A program made the position numbers and the translations under genes. From Candidatus Saccharimonadota bacterium (GTDB taxonomy: Bacteria; Patescibacteriota; Saccharimonadia; CAILAD01; BJGX01): DNA of 64,000 nt. The stretch covers positions 18,813-82,812 of the forward strand of contig BJGX01000002.1 of the NCBI GenBank assembly GCA_014191035.1, given 5' to 3'. Positions 47,203 through 56,473 of this stretch are shown piece by piece. Position 1 is the stretch's first letter; every line of letters begins with the position of its first letter. Under the pieces are notes generated by a model. It did no database searches, was not told the DNA's origin, and saw nothing but the letters and a program-made list of their open reading frames with translations.

Positions 47203-48512
47203 GACAAGTTAAACTCCTCGGTATTTATATTCTTATTTTTTACTCTCTTTTGCTTAAGCTGTCTTTTGATAGCCTTCATCATGGCCGATGGTCCACAAAT
47301 CATAAAGTTTGCATCCTCTAAGTTTTTGCTCTTTTCAAAGATTATATCGGCGCTTAAAAAACCATCTTTGTCTTCGAAATAAGTTATCAGATTAAAATTA
47401 CTCTTCTGCTTATCTAACGCTTCAAGCTCGGCCAGGTAAAAAGCATCTTGCTTGGTTTTTAAGGCATAATATAAATCAATTTGCTGAGTTTCGTCTGCAG
47501 ATTTAGCCATTGACATAAATGGAGTTACACCTATACCGCCAGCTATCCAAATCTGCCTACTATTTTTTACAACCTTGTTAGAAAATGTACCGTATGGACC
47601 ATCTATCTTAAAGGTTGTGCCTTTTTCAGCACCCTCTAGGGCAGCTGTAAAATCACCCAGCGCCTTTATACCAAACTTTAGTTTACTTTCGTCTGGTGAA
47701 GAACTCATCGAGAAAGGATGGGATTCACCTAAAAGGCCTTTGCTGTCTTGTTTTATAAAAGCATACTGGCCCGGCACAAAATTTAATTTATCGCCGATTG
47801 GACTTAAAACAATTTCATAAATACTTCCTGATTTACGAATGTCGTCGAGTTTATATTCATAGAATTTAGCAAAATTGCCGTGGAATATTGAACGATATAC
47901 GTAAACTATTAAAGCCATCGCTATTAACACGGCAAAGTATATTTGTAAGCTCAAAATCCCATTACCTCTAAAGCCTAGGTTACTACCGCCGACAAAGACA
48001 GCATGAATCGCACCTACAAACAGTATCAAACCAAGTAGCCGCTGAGCCAAAATGAAAAACTTATAAGAAACCTTGATATACAAGGTGACTATAATTGCCA
48101 GTACCATTCCAAATAAGGCAATGCTTCCCAGGGCCCTGAATGGCGATAACAGGTTGGGTTTTAAAAATTCAAAGGCCGAATTAGGAGAAATTAAAAAATA
48201 TCGAATAGTTAAAAATAGGGGGTGCAACAATAGCAGTATAAAAGCTATCGATCCGATGTTGTGATGCGCTCGGTAGGTGTTATCTAGGCCATGAAACATT
48301 CTATTATATATTTTGAATCTGGCACTGAGTATTACGGCCCAGGCAAAAAGAGCCATACCAGCAAGACCCGCTAGCTTACCTAGACTCTGGAATATGTTTT
48401 GGGCGCCATCCCAATCTAGCGGCATCGCAATTAGCCACAGAATCACGGGGGTAAGAGCAATGATAACCGTAAGATATCCGCCCGGATTAAAGTATTTTCT
48501 TCGACTATTCAT
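47199..48512 (-). CDS. NOX/FRE-family flavocytochrome: ferric-reductase 6-TM domain plus FAD- and NAD(P)H-binding domains.
   Basis: TM His pair spaced 14 residues (AHHNIG...LLLHP). FAD motif HPFSMSS. NAD(P)H motif AGGIGVTPF. C-terminal CGP motif. Overlaps the b5 gene by 4 nt. Confidence 0.8.
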   Translation of the reverse strand: MNSRRKYFNPGGYLTVIIALTPVILWLIAMPLDWDGAQNIFQSLGKLAGLAGMALFAWAVILSARFKIYNRMFHGLDNTYRAHHNIGSIAFILLLLHPLFLTIRYFLISPNSAFEFLKPNLLSPFRALGSIALFGMVLAIIVTLYIKVSYKFFILAQRLLGLILFVGAIHAVFVGGSNLGFRGNGILSLQIYFAVLIAMALIVYVYRSIFHGNFAKFYEYKLDDIRKSGSIYEIVLSPIGDKLNFVPGQYAFIKQDSKGLLGESHPFSMSSSPDESKLKFGIKALGDFTAALEGAEKGTTFKIDGPYGTFSNKVVKNSRQIWIAGGIGVTPFMSMAKSADETQQIDLYYALKTKQDAFYLAELEALDKQKSNFNLITYFEDKDGFLSADIIFEKSKNLEDANFMICGPSAMMKAIKRQLKQKRVKNKNINTEEFNLS

Positions 48513-48562
48513 AAAAAATATTATAACAAATAAAAAACATCAAAGTATAACCTTGATGTTGT

Positions 48563-48910
48563 TTATAGTAGATCCAGCGGCCACATGAATTTGGGCTCTA
48601 GAATTTCTTCTTTGCACTTTTCGATTTCTGAATTTTTTACAATGTAGAGCTCTACAGTGGTCGGGAAAAGCAGCTTATTGTTCAGTAAAAACCTGTCATA
48701 ACATTCTTTGTAGTCTTCTCGAGAGTTAACTTCCTGAGTTAGTGGTACAAACGAATGAATATCCATCTCAAAGACCATATCAGCAATCAAAGAGTATTCT
48801 CTTGATATTTTTGGCTTCTTCTTTGGGGGATCACCCAGGTAGATTCCTAAATTCCTTACAAAGCTTTGTTCAAAAAAGGTTCTTCCATCGATTATCGTTT
48901 TTGTGTACAA
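48563..48910 (-). CDS. Hypothetical protein, first gene of the apparent NOX operon.
   Basis: ORF only. Confidence 0.4.
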   Translation of the reverse strand: MYTKTIIDGRTFFEQSFVRNLGIYLGDPPKKKPKISREYSLIADMVFEMDIHSFVPLTQEVNSREDYKECYDRFLLNNKLLFPTTVELYIVKNSEIEKCKEEILEPKFMWPLDLL

Positions 48911-49006
48911 CGAATCTCCTTGAGGGACGAGGCTTGATATTATGCTACAAAATATATATCAAGTCAATATATATTTATTTGATATAATAATAAAAAAGGA
49001 GGAAAC

Positions 49007-49165
49007 ATGAACGATAATTTAAAATACTTAAGAAATAAAAACAAACAAGAGGGCGACGCCCAAGAGGCAGAGCAAAATGTAGAGAATATGGCTAAAGACA
49101 ATATTAACGAGAATGAAGTGGCTGAATCTCAAAAACCCGAAGACCAGGATAGTCAAATCGTTTGA
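49007..49165 (+). CDS. Small acidic protein of 52 aa (tentative). Not in the ORF track.
   Basis: AAAGGAGG SD 6 nt upstream of the ATG. The frame is open to the TGA at 49163. Confidence 0.35.
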   Translation: MNDNLKYLRNKNKQEGDAQEAEQNVENMAKDNINENEVAESQKPEDQDSQIV

Positions 49166-49196
49166 ATAATTAATCCAAAAAGAGTATTCTAGCGGT

Positions 49197-49835
49197 GTGA
49201 CCGCACCTACGAACCTTCCCATAATTCGTTTTAGTACATCATGGGAGCTGTATGAAAAGATTATTCGAAATATCTACCGATATCCTGACGACTCAGTTGA
49301 TTTAGAAAAAGAAGATTTCAACGCCAGACGCATGATTTCCGATTGGCTTAATTATGAAGATGAAGTAGTCAGAGGTATCTGTTCAATCACAGGGCTGGAG
49401 TTCAGAAAGAACATTATTGATATCTGCATTGCGCCAAAAGTAATCAGCACATCCAGGCCAATAATTATCGGTGTTGATGGCTACGACAGGCGCTTTGTAG
49501 ATGAAGTAATGTTTCAGTTGATCATTCAGCTACTTATGGATAACACCTCTGTCCCGTACACTTACGACGTAATTGAAGATTGGATTGATATTTTTAGCGA
49601 TAGTCTTTACGAAGATGAAGCTTACTTTGTGCCCGCTTTTGCTCTATTAAAGGCTCTTTGTCTAGACATTCTTAACGAGCCCGACAGGTTAGTGCGAATT
49701 ACTAAAAGATGTGGAGGTCTTTTTAGGGGTGACGAAAAGGTAGCATGGGAATATGTAGACACTCATGACTACAAAGAAATAATTAATACACTTCAGAGGC
49801 TTTATCAAGCAATCGAGGAAGAGTATGATTTTTAG
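49197..49835 (+). CDS. Hypothetical protein. Apparent GTG start.
   Basis: ORF only. Confidence 0.4.
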   Translation: MTAPTNLPIIRFSTSWELYEKIIRNIYRYPDDSVDLEKEDFNARRMISDWLNYEDEVVRGICSITGLEFRKNIIDICIAPKVISTSRPIIIGVDGYDRRFVDEVMFQLIIQLLMDNTSVPYTYDVIEDWIDIFSDSLYEDEAYFVPAFALLKALCLDILNEPDRLVRITKRCGGLFRGDEKVAWEYVDTHDYKEIINTLQRLYQAIEEEYDF

Positions 49836-49876
49836 CCGGCAAAGAGCCGGCTTTTTTATGCTATACTTTTTATAGT

Positions 49877-50725
49877 ATGAAGCTTAGGAAACCAGTAAAT
49901 ATTATTCGTGGCAGAGAGGGGACCGATGGTGCCGGCGTAAAGCTGATCCGTTTGTTTTCGCACGATAACACAAATGATTTTGACCCCTTTTTAATGATGG
50001 ATGCATTCGACAGTGTCGATCCAGAAGATTACAATAAGGGCTTTCCATGGCATCCCCACAGGGGTATTGAAACTATAACCTACTTAATTGATGGTGCCAT
50101 AGAACACCAAGACAGCCTTGGAAATTTCGGTGCCATTAATGCTGGTGATGCGCAGTGGATGACGGCAGGGTCAGGCATTATTCATAATGAAATGCCAGTT
50201 GAGTCCAAGAGAATGCGCGGATTTCAGTTGTGGCTGAATCTACCCAAACAACACAAAATGACCAGCCCATCTTATAATGAGATTAAAGAACATAGCATTC
50301 CAGTAGTTAAAGAGGGCAAAAACACTATTAGGATTATTTCAGGCAACTACGGTAATAAAATGGGTGCGTTTGATCCAAAATATGTAAATCCATTATTTTT
50401 GGATATATCGCTTTCAAAAAATTCCAAATTTGAGCTGTCCACACCAAGCTCAGACACATTGTTTGTATATATTTTAGAAGGGGACGTTTCATTTTCCGAT
50501 TCAGAAGATGCTATAGCACATAAAAATGTTGTATTTTTTGGCAAAGGAGACACGCTTAGGGCAAATTCTGTAACTACAAATGCAAGGATTTTGCTTTTTT
50601 CCGCTAAACCAATAAAAGAGCCGGTTGCTTGGGCTGGACCAATAGTTATGAACACAGAAGCTGAACTAGAACTAGCTTTTTCACAGCTAAGGCGCGGAAC
50701 TTTTGTTCAAGATAATCATAAATAA
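49877..50725 (+). CDS. Pirin-family protein (bicupin).
   Basis: HPHRGIETITY motif and the second-cupin GSGIIHNE region. Confidence 0.85.
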   Translation: MKLRKPVNIIRGREGTDGAGVKLIRLFSHDNTNDFDPFLMMDAFDSVDPEDYNKGFPWHPHRGIETITYLIDGAIEHQDSLGNFGAINAGDAQWMTAGSGIIHNEMPVESKRMRGFQLWLNLPKQHKMTSPSYNEIKEHSIPVVKEGKNTIRIISGNYGNKMGAFDPKYVNPLFLDISLSKNSKFELSTPSSDTLFVYILEGDVSFSDSEDAIAHKNVVFFGKGDTLRANSVTTNARILLFSAKPIKEPVAWAGPIVMNTEAELELAFSQLRRGTFVQDNHK

Positions 50726-50757
50726 ACCTTGTTTTGGGTGTACAATTGATTTAGCTC

Positions 50758-51333
50758 ATGAAAAAAGAAATAGAATCTCTAAGAAAGGAGGTGAATAGGC
50801 TAAAAAAGCTAGCCTATCGTGATCACCTTACAGGCCTTCTAAACCGAAGAGGTTTTGAAGATTCTATTAATTTGGCCATAGATCAATACAATAGCAGTGA
50901 TAAAAAATTAACCCCACGCAGGGGTTTTATTGTTAATAGCGTAAGTTTAATCGTTATCGATATTGATAGGTTCAAAAAATTAAATGATAAATACGGCCAT
51001 CCTGAGGGAGATAAAATATTAAAACATCTTTCAAAGCACATTACTAGCCAAGTTCGATCAAATGATCTTGTTGGGCGCTGGGGTGGAGAAGAATTGGTTG
51101 TGGGCCTAATTGGAGCCGACTTAGAATCTGCTTATGAATTGGCTGAAAATGCAAGAATTGAACTAAAAAAATCAGGCTTTGAGCCGGTTTATACTTTTAG
51201 CGCCGGCGTTGCTGGTGTAAATAATCAAATCAATACCTTTCAAAAGCTTTATGAGTGTGCCGACGAGGCTCTTTACAAAGCCAAAACGTCTGGCCGAGAC
51301 AGGGTTGAAAAGTGTAAAATTAAAAGTAATTAA
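50758..51333 (+). CDS. GGDEF-domain diguanylate cyclase (GGEEL variant) with N-terminal coiled-coil.
   Basis: DHLTGLLNRRGF, IDIDRFKKLND and the RWGGEELVV active site. Confidence 0.8.
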   Translation: MKKEIESLRKEVNRLKKLAYRDHLTGLLNRRGFEDSINLAIDQYNSSDKKLTPRRGFIVNSVSLIVIDIDRFKKLNDKYGHPEGDKILKHLSKHITSQVRSNDLVGRWGGEELVVGLIGADLESAYELAENARIELKKSGFEPVYTFSAGVAGVNNQINTFQKLYECADEALYKAKTSGRDRVEKCKIKSN

Positions 51334-51346
51334 TTAGAGGGTAGAA

Positions 51347-51985
51347 ATGAAAGAACAAGTATCAAAGTTGAAGCTAGAGAGATATTCTAAAAATCGCGTT
51401 GAAAACTTAAGTGATGGAGTCTTTGGCTTCGCCATGACATTATTAGTGCTTAATATTGTAATCCCTGAAAGCAGTATAATTTCCAGCAATTCTCAGCTAT
51501 GGCAAGCAATTTCGGGCCAAGGAAGAGCTTTTCTGAGTTTTGCTATTGCGTTTTTTATACTGGCTTCTATGTGGAGCCTGCATGTCAGGCAATTTGAAAA
51601 CCTTCAAGAAATTGATAGGCGATTTGTATTTATAAATTCAATTAGGCTTTTTATGGCAATTCTTATTGCATTTAGTACTGGCATTGCTAGCAGTTACGAA
51701 AAGCTCGAGCTGGCTAGGATGATATTACCAATTAATCTTTTGTTGCTTGCGATTATCGGCACAATACAATGGCATTATGCTGCTTATAGTAAGCCACCTC
51801 TTTTAGAAGGAATTACCAGTGAAGAAAAAAACATGCACAAAATCAGAGCAATCATATTTATTATATTCTCACTATTCACCGTTGTGGCTTCATATTTTGT
51901 CGGAGAAATAGCTTTTGCCATATTTATACTTATGCCAATTATAGTAAGGTTAACTGGCGTTAAAAAGACAAAGTCCTCGGTTTAG
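51347..51985 (+). CDS. DUF1211 / TMEM175-like membrane protein (putative K+ channel family).
   Basis: Signature RVENLSDGVFGFAMTLLVLNI (family consensus RxxxFSDGVFAIAxTLLV). Confidence 0.65.
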   Translation: MKEQVSKLKLERYSKNRVENLSDGVFGFAMTLLVLNIVIPESSIISSNSQLWQAISGQGRAFLSFAIAFFILASMWSLHVRQFENLQEIDRRFVFINSIRLFMAILIAFSTGIASSYEKLELARMILPINLLLLAIIGTIQWHYAAYSKPPLLEGITSEEKNMHKIRAIIFIIFSLFTVVASYFVGEIAFAIFILMPIIVRLTGVKKTKSSV

Positions 51986-52000
51986 AATATAATTATCTAC

Positions 52001-52723
52001 ATGAAACCATACGCAGTATTTGACCTCGACGGCACTCTCATTCGCTGGCAATTATTTCATGTAATTGTCGATAGACTAGGCAAGATCGGCAAAATAGATA
52101 AGCAGATCTATCAAGATATTTTAGATTCACGTATGGCCTGGAAAAGACGCGAGCAGTCTGATGGCTTTGATAGGTATCAAATTAAACTCATTGATGCCTA
52201 TAATTCGGTAGTTACAAATCTTTCTCAAAAAGAGCTAGAGGAATTAGCCAACAGGGCATTCGAAGAACATAAAGACCAAAGCTATGTGTTTACTCGAAAT
52301 TTAATGAAGGATTTGAAAGCAAAAGGCTATATGCTGTTTGCCATTTCTGGATCGTTCACTGAAGTTGTGCAACTTATTGCCAAGCACTATGGCTTTGATG
52401 ACTCGGCCGGCACTATGCATGCCAAAAAAAGTGGTAAGTTCACTGGCGAAATAGATGTAGTGCAGTATGAGCGAAAAGTGGATATGCTAAACGATCTTAA
52501 AAAGAAATACGATCTTACTGATGAAGATAGCTATGCGGTCGGGGATTCAATGGGCGACTATGCTATACTTAAGCACGTTCAAAATCCCATAGTATTCAAC
52601 CCCGCGCGAGAGCTGTTTGAAAAAGCAAAAGAACATGGCTGGCGAATTGTAGTAGAACGTAAAAATGTAATATATGAACTTAGCAAAAAAGACGATAACT
52701 ACATCCTAAACTCTGGGGTATAA
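52001..52723 (+). CDS. HAD-superfamily hydrolase (phosphoserine-phosphatase-like).
   Basis: Motif I FDLDGTL and motif IV GDSMGD. Confidence 0.7.
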   Translation: MKPYAVFDLDGTLIRWQLFHVIVDRLGKIGKIDKQIYQDILDSRMAWKRREQSDGFDRYQIKLIDAYNSVVTNLSQKELEELANRAFEEHKDQSYVFTRNLMKDLKAKGYMLFAISGSFTEVVQLIAKHYGFDDSAGTMHAKKSGKFTGEIDVVQYERKVDMLNDLKKKYDLTDEDSYAVGDSMGDYAILKHVQNPIVFNPARELFEKAKEHGWRIVVERKNVIYELSKKDDNYILNSGV

Positions 52724-52730
52724 TATACAA

Positions 52731-54269
52731 ATGAATAAAAAACTAGTCCTTTCCAAATCCGAATATATGATGTATCTAAAGCACCCAGCCTACTTATGGA
52801 TTAAAAAGCACGATAAAAACAAGATTCCGCCAGTAAGTGCAGATTTACAGGCCATGTTTGATGCCGGAAATGAATTTGAACAATATGCCGAATCGCTTTT
52901 TCCCGATGGTGTAAGGGTGGGCTTTAATGACTATAACGAATATTTAAATATGCCTGCACGCACCCAAGAAGAGCTCGATAAAGGCACCAAAACTATTTTC
53001 CAGGGCCGATTCGAACATGAACAAACGACCTTTATTTGTGATGTTGTTCGCGTCATTGGTAAGAATGAAGTTGATTTGTACGAAATTAAGTCAAGCACCG
53101 GCGTGAAGCTGGAGCATATCTTGGATCTTGCTTACCAAACTACAGTTTTAGAAAATTGCGGCTATAGTGTTAATGATATTTATGTGGTGCATGTAGACAA
53201 TAGCTATGTACGAGCAGGCGAGATAGATCCAAAGCAAATTACTACCACCACCAACGTAACCGAAGATGTCAAAAAGGAGCTTGGCAGGACAAAACGAAAT
53301 ATCTTAGATGCAATTGCAGTTATGGAGCAGTCTGATATGCCAGATCCATCACCGGCCCGTTGTAAGCTAAATAGTCTTAAGGAATGGCTTGAAGTTTATA
53401 AAAACATTAAACCAATAGAAGAGGGTAGTATATATGAACTTTGCAGACTTAACGCTGATACCGTGCGTTTATTAGAGGAAGAAGGGGTTAGTAAGCTCAA
53501 AGATATTCCATTAAGCCTAATTGATAATGAAAAACAACGTTGGCAGCTAGAGGCACTAGAAAACGGTGAGCCAATTTACAATAAAGATAAAATCAAAAAG
53601 TTTTTAAGTAAGCTACATTACCCATTATACTTTTTTGACTATGAAACACTAAGCAGTTGCGTTCCATATTTTGATGGAACCAAGCCATATCAACAGATAC
53701 CGTTTCAGTATTCATTGCATGTTATAGAATCGCCTGGTGGCGAATTGAAGCATATGGGGTACTTGCAGGCCGACAACACAAACCCAGCCGAAGCTCTTAG
53801 TAAAACCCTTAAAGATCAAATCGGCACAACTGGAAGCATAATTGCCTGGAATATGAGCTTTGAAAAAATGTGCAATACCGCACTAGGCACTATGGCTCCA
53901 GAATACAAAGATTTTTATGAAGATCTTAATACTCGTATGGCTGATTTAATGATTCCTTTTAGTAAAGGTTATTATATAGATTCCAGTTTTCTCGGTAGTG
54001 CTAGTATCAAAAATGTCTTACCAGTATTGGTGCCAGAGCTAAGCTACAAAGATCTTGGTATTCAAGAGGGTGGAAGTGCCCAGCGAAGCTGGATGGACGC
54101 GGTTTTATACGAAAAGCGATCTGATAAAGATCAGGTACTTAAAGATCTCGAAGAATACTGCAAACTTGATACTTTAGCAATGGTAGAAATATTTAACTTT
54201 CTAACCAAGCTTGTGGCAGGCGAAGGCGGAAGTGTAGCTAAAGCCGAGCAACTAGGTTTGGGTATATAA
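52731..54269 (+). CDS. DUF2779-like protein with an N-terminal PD-(D/E)xK-type nuclease signature.
   Basis: VDLYEIKSS (hhhD-x-hE-x-K pattern) in the N-terminal third. Large C-terminal region of unknown function. Confidence 0.45.
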   Translation: MNKKLVLSKSEYMMYLKHPAYLWIKKHDKNKIPPVSADLQAMFDAGNEFEQYAESLFPDGVRVGFNDYNEYLNMPARTQEELDKGTKTIFQGRFEHEQTTFICDVVRVIGKNEVDLYEIKSSTGVKLEHILDLAYQTTVLENCGYSVNDIYVVHVDNSYVRAGEIDPKQITTTTNVTEDVKKELGRTKRNILDAIAVMEQSDMPDPSPARCKLNSLKEWLEVYKNIKPIEEGSIYELCRLNADTVRLLEEEGVSKLKDIPLSLIDNEKQRWQLEALENGEPIYNKDKIKKFLSKLHYPLYFFDYETLSSCVPYFDGTKPYQQIPFQYSLHVIESPGGELKHMGYLQADNTNPAEALSKTLKDQIGTTGSIIAWNMSFEKMCNTALGTMAPEYKDFYEDLNTRMADLMIPFSKGYYIDSSFLGSASIKNVLPVLVPELSYKDLGIQEGGSAQRSWMDAVLYEKRSDKDQVLKDLEEYCKLDTLAMVEIFNFLTKLVAGEGGSVAKAEQLGLGI

Positions 54270-54272
54270 AAA

Positions 54273-54301
54273 ACCACTTCATTACGAAGTGGTCAGTTTT
54301 T
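54273..54301. terminator. Bidirectional terminator: AAAAAA-CCACTTC-atta-cGAAGTGG-TCAGTTTTT.
   Basis: 7-bp stem flanked by an A-run and a T-run. Lies between convergent genes. Confidence 0.7.
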
Positions 54302-54496
54302 ACCATACGTTTCTTCTATGTGCTTTCTGCCTTTTCGGATAAGGTAGTCAGAAAGTATACTATAAAAGAAATAAAGAGCACCGATTATTGGTATGAATGA
54401 AAGAACTGGCAATACGTACAACAAAATTGCTGAGAAAAACAAGCAAATTACAAAAGCAATTGCAAAGCCTGTGGAGTCAGGTTGCTTTTTAGCCAT
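54293..54496 (-). CDS. Small 2-TM membrane protein (tentative; start at MAKKQ).
   Basis: Short ORF with two hydrophobic helices. Confidence 0.3.
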   Translation of the reverse strand: MAKKQPDSTGFAIAFVICLFFSAILLYVLPVLSFIPIIGALYFFYSILSDYLIRKGRKHIEETYGKN

Positions 54497-54497
54497 T

Positions 54498-54764
54498 TCA
54501 CTTACCCCCTGGGTGGTCCTCAATTTTGCAATTTTTAACAATGAATGTCCCAACGGCATATAATTCAAAACATTGATATTCTCCAGCTAAAAAGTCTTTG
54601 TAGTGCATCTCGTAGTCAAAAAAGTGGCTTACATCAATTGCTGTAACACTTTTCTTTGTTTCTAAAATTACTATCAAGCTTTGATCGGGAAGTACCCTTG
54701 GTGCGTGTCTTGGAGGATTCGGAATGTACCTACCAAGATTTTGTATCAAGCTTGGCTTATACAT
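54498..54764 (-). CDS. Hypothetical small protein.
   Basis: ORF only. Start is uncertain. Confidence 0.3.
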   Translation of the reverse strand: MYKPSLIQNLGRYIPNPPRHAPRVLPDQSLIVILETKKSVTAIDVSHFFDYEMHYKDFLAGEYQCFELYAVGTFIVKNCKIEDHPGGK

Positions 54765-54824
54765 CCGACCTCCTTTTAAGGTGCGCCGTGGCGATATTGT
54801 CCCACTTTTTAAGTTGTTTTTCAA

Positions 54825-56447
54825 TTATTCTTGTTCTTGCAGTTTTAGATCGGAAGCTTTCTGAACCTTTGTATCGGGCAAGTTTCGAGACATAAATAGT
54901 GAAATTATCGATAGAAATATCAATAGCACCATTGCTTGCTTTAGCCCCGCTAACTGCGATTCGGTGTAAAGCTCAACAATATTTTGAGTCTGCTGAGGAG
55001 AATAGCCACGATCCTGAACGGCCTTTTCAACTTCAGAGGTAGATAGTACGGGTATTCCTTTATTGGCTTGTTCTGATACGGCCTGCTTTATGTTGTCTGG
55101 AATCTGCGAATCAGCCGAAACCTTAGCGCTAAAACCACTCGAGAGCGTCATGATTAGCACCGAACCAATAATTGCTGTACCAAGCGAAGACCCTATATTC
55201 TGGGCAGTCCCTTGCATACCACCAACTTCACTTGAATGCCGCTTATCTACAGCGTTCATATTAATATTACCTAGCTGTGAGGCTAAGAGTCCAAGGCCTG
55301 CGCCGAGCAGGAACATGCCTATAAATAGCGGGGCTCCGGTTAGCTCTGGATCGATAGTTGTAGTAATAATTATCACTCCAGCAATTAGCATTAGCTGGCC
55401 AATTTTTACAATCTTTTTAGGGCTCAAATACTGGCTCGTTTTGGAGCCAAACATCGAAAAGAGTATTAATGAGACTGAAAGTGGAAGTATGCGAAGGCCA
55501 GTTTCTAGCGCATTTAGGCCAATGACCATTTGCAGATAAATTGGCAGAACAAAGAACACCGCACCAACTATTAGGTATTGAGACATAAGCACACCAAGGC
55601 CACTGCGAAGTTGAGGGATTTTTAAAACCCTCGCATCTAATAGTGGAGTTTTGCCTGCTTGTATTAAGTTCTTTTGATGATTCAAAAACCACACAATAAG
55701 AACTAAGCCTGCAAAAATCATATAGGCAACTATCGATATTCCGAATGGCGCTAATTCATAGCCAAAAATGGTTGGAATAGTCATGGGCTTAACCCAACCC
55801 CAAACCTTACTTTGTAGTATTCCAAATATCAAAAGTGCCATTCCGCCAGCTGACAAAAGGACGCTTGGAATATCAAGTTTAGTTTTAGTAGTTTTTGGAG
55901 ATTCTGGCACCAATTTATGTAGTAGTAGTATCCCAACAACAATTACCGTTTCAAATGCAAATACAAAGCGCCAGCTCAAGTAGGTAGTAACGAAGCCTCC
56001 AATCAAAGGCCCTGCAGCAGCGGCAGCACCAGCCACGGCACCTGTAATTGCATAGGCAGTTAGCCTATCTCGGCCTTCGTAGCGAGAAGCAATTAAGGCT
56101 GCAATTGCAGGAATCACCAAAATAGCACCCAAGCCTTCTACTAAAGACCAGCCAAACATCAATGTTTGAATGTTCGGGCTTAGTGCGGTAATTAGTGATC
56201 CAATTCCATAAACACCAAGGCCAATCAAAAAGGCTTTTTTACGGCCCCAAATATCTCCTAGTTTTCCGCCCGTTAACATAAATGCAGCCATAGTTAGGGT
56301 AAAGAATGTAATTGCTGCTTGCATGGCAGCCACACTTGTCCCTAAATCTTTCACTACGGTAGATATCGACACATTCATTACGGTGCTATCTAAAACCATC
56401 ACGAACTGCGCGAGCGCAAGTAAAATTATTGCAGACCACTTCTTCAT
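54825..56447 (-). CDS. MFS transporter, 14-TM drug:H+ antiporter (DHA2/EmrB-like).
   Basis: 14 TM helices. MFS motif A-like GGKLGDIWGRKK. N-terminal LAQFVMVLDSTVMNVS, typical of DHA2. Confidence 0.85.
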   Translation of the reverse strand: MKKWSAIILLALAQFVMVLDSTVMNVSISTVVKDLGTSVAAMQAAITFFTLTMAAFMLTGGKLGDIWGRKKAFLIGLGVYGIGSLITALSPNIQTLMFGWSLVEGLGAILVIPAIAALIASRYEGRDRLTAYAITGAVAGAAAAAGPLIGGFVTTYLSWRFVFAFETVIVVGILLLHKLVPESPKTTKTKLDIPSVLLSAGGMALLIFGILQSKVWGWVKPMTIPTIFGYELAPFGISIVAYMIFAGLVLIVWFLNHQKNLIQAGKTPLLDARVLKIPQLRSGLGVLMSQYLIVGAVFFVLPIYLQMVIGLNALETGLRILPLSVSLILFSMFGSKTSQYLSPKKIVKIGQLMLIAGVIIITTTIDPELTGAPLFIGMFLLGAGLGLLASQLGNINMNAVDKRHSSEVGGMQGTAQNIGSSLGTAIIGSVLIMTLSSGFSAKVSADSQIPDNIKQAVSEQANKGIPVLSTSEVEKAVQDRGYSPQQTQNIVELYTESQLAGLKQAMVLLIFLSIISLFMSRNLPDTKVQKASDLKLQEQE

Positions 56448-56473
56448 AATTTAATTATAAATCAATGCCTAAA

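Noticed and set aside
54293-54824. Single frameshifted gene spanning the two overlapping minus-strand ORFs.
   Set aside because: The overlap disappears if internal Met starts (MAKKQ..., MYKPS...) are used. The two products have unrelated character (one is a 2-TM protein), so they are treated as two small genes with low confidence.
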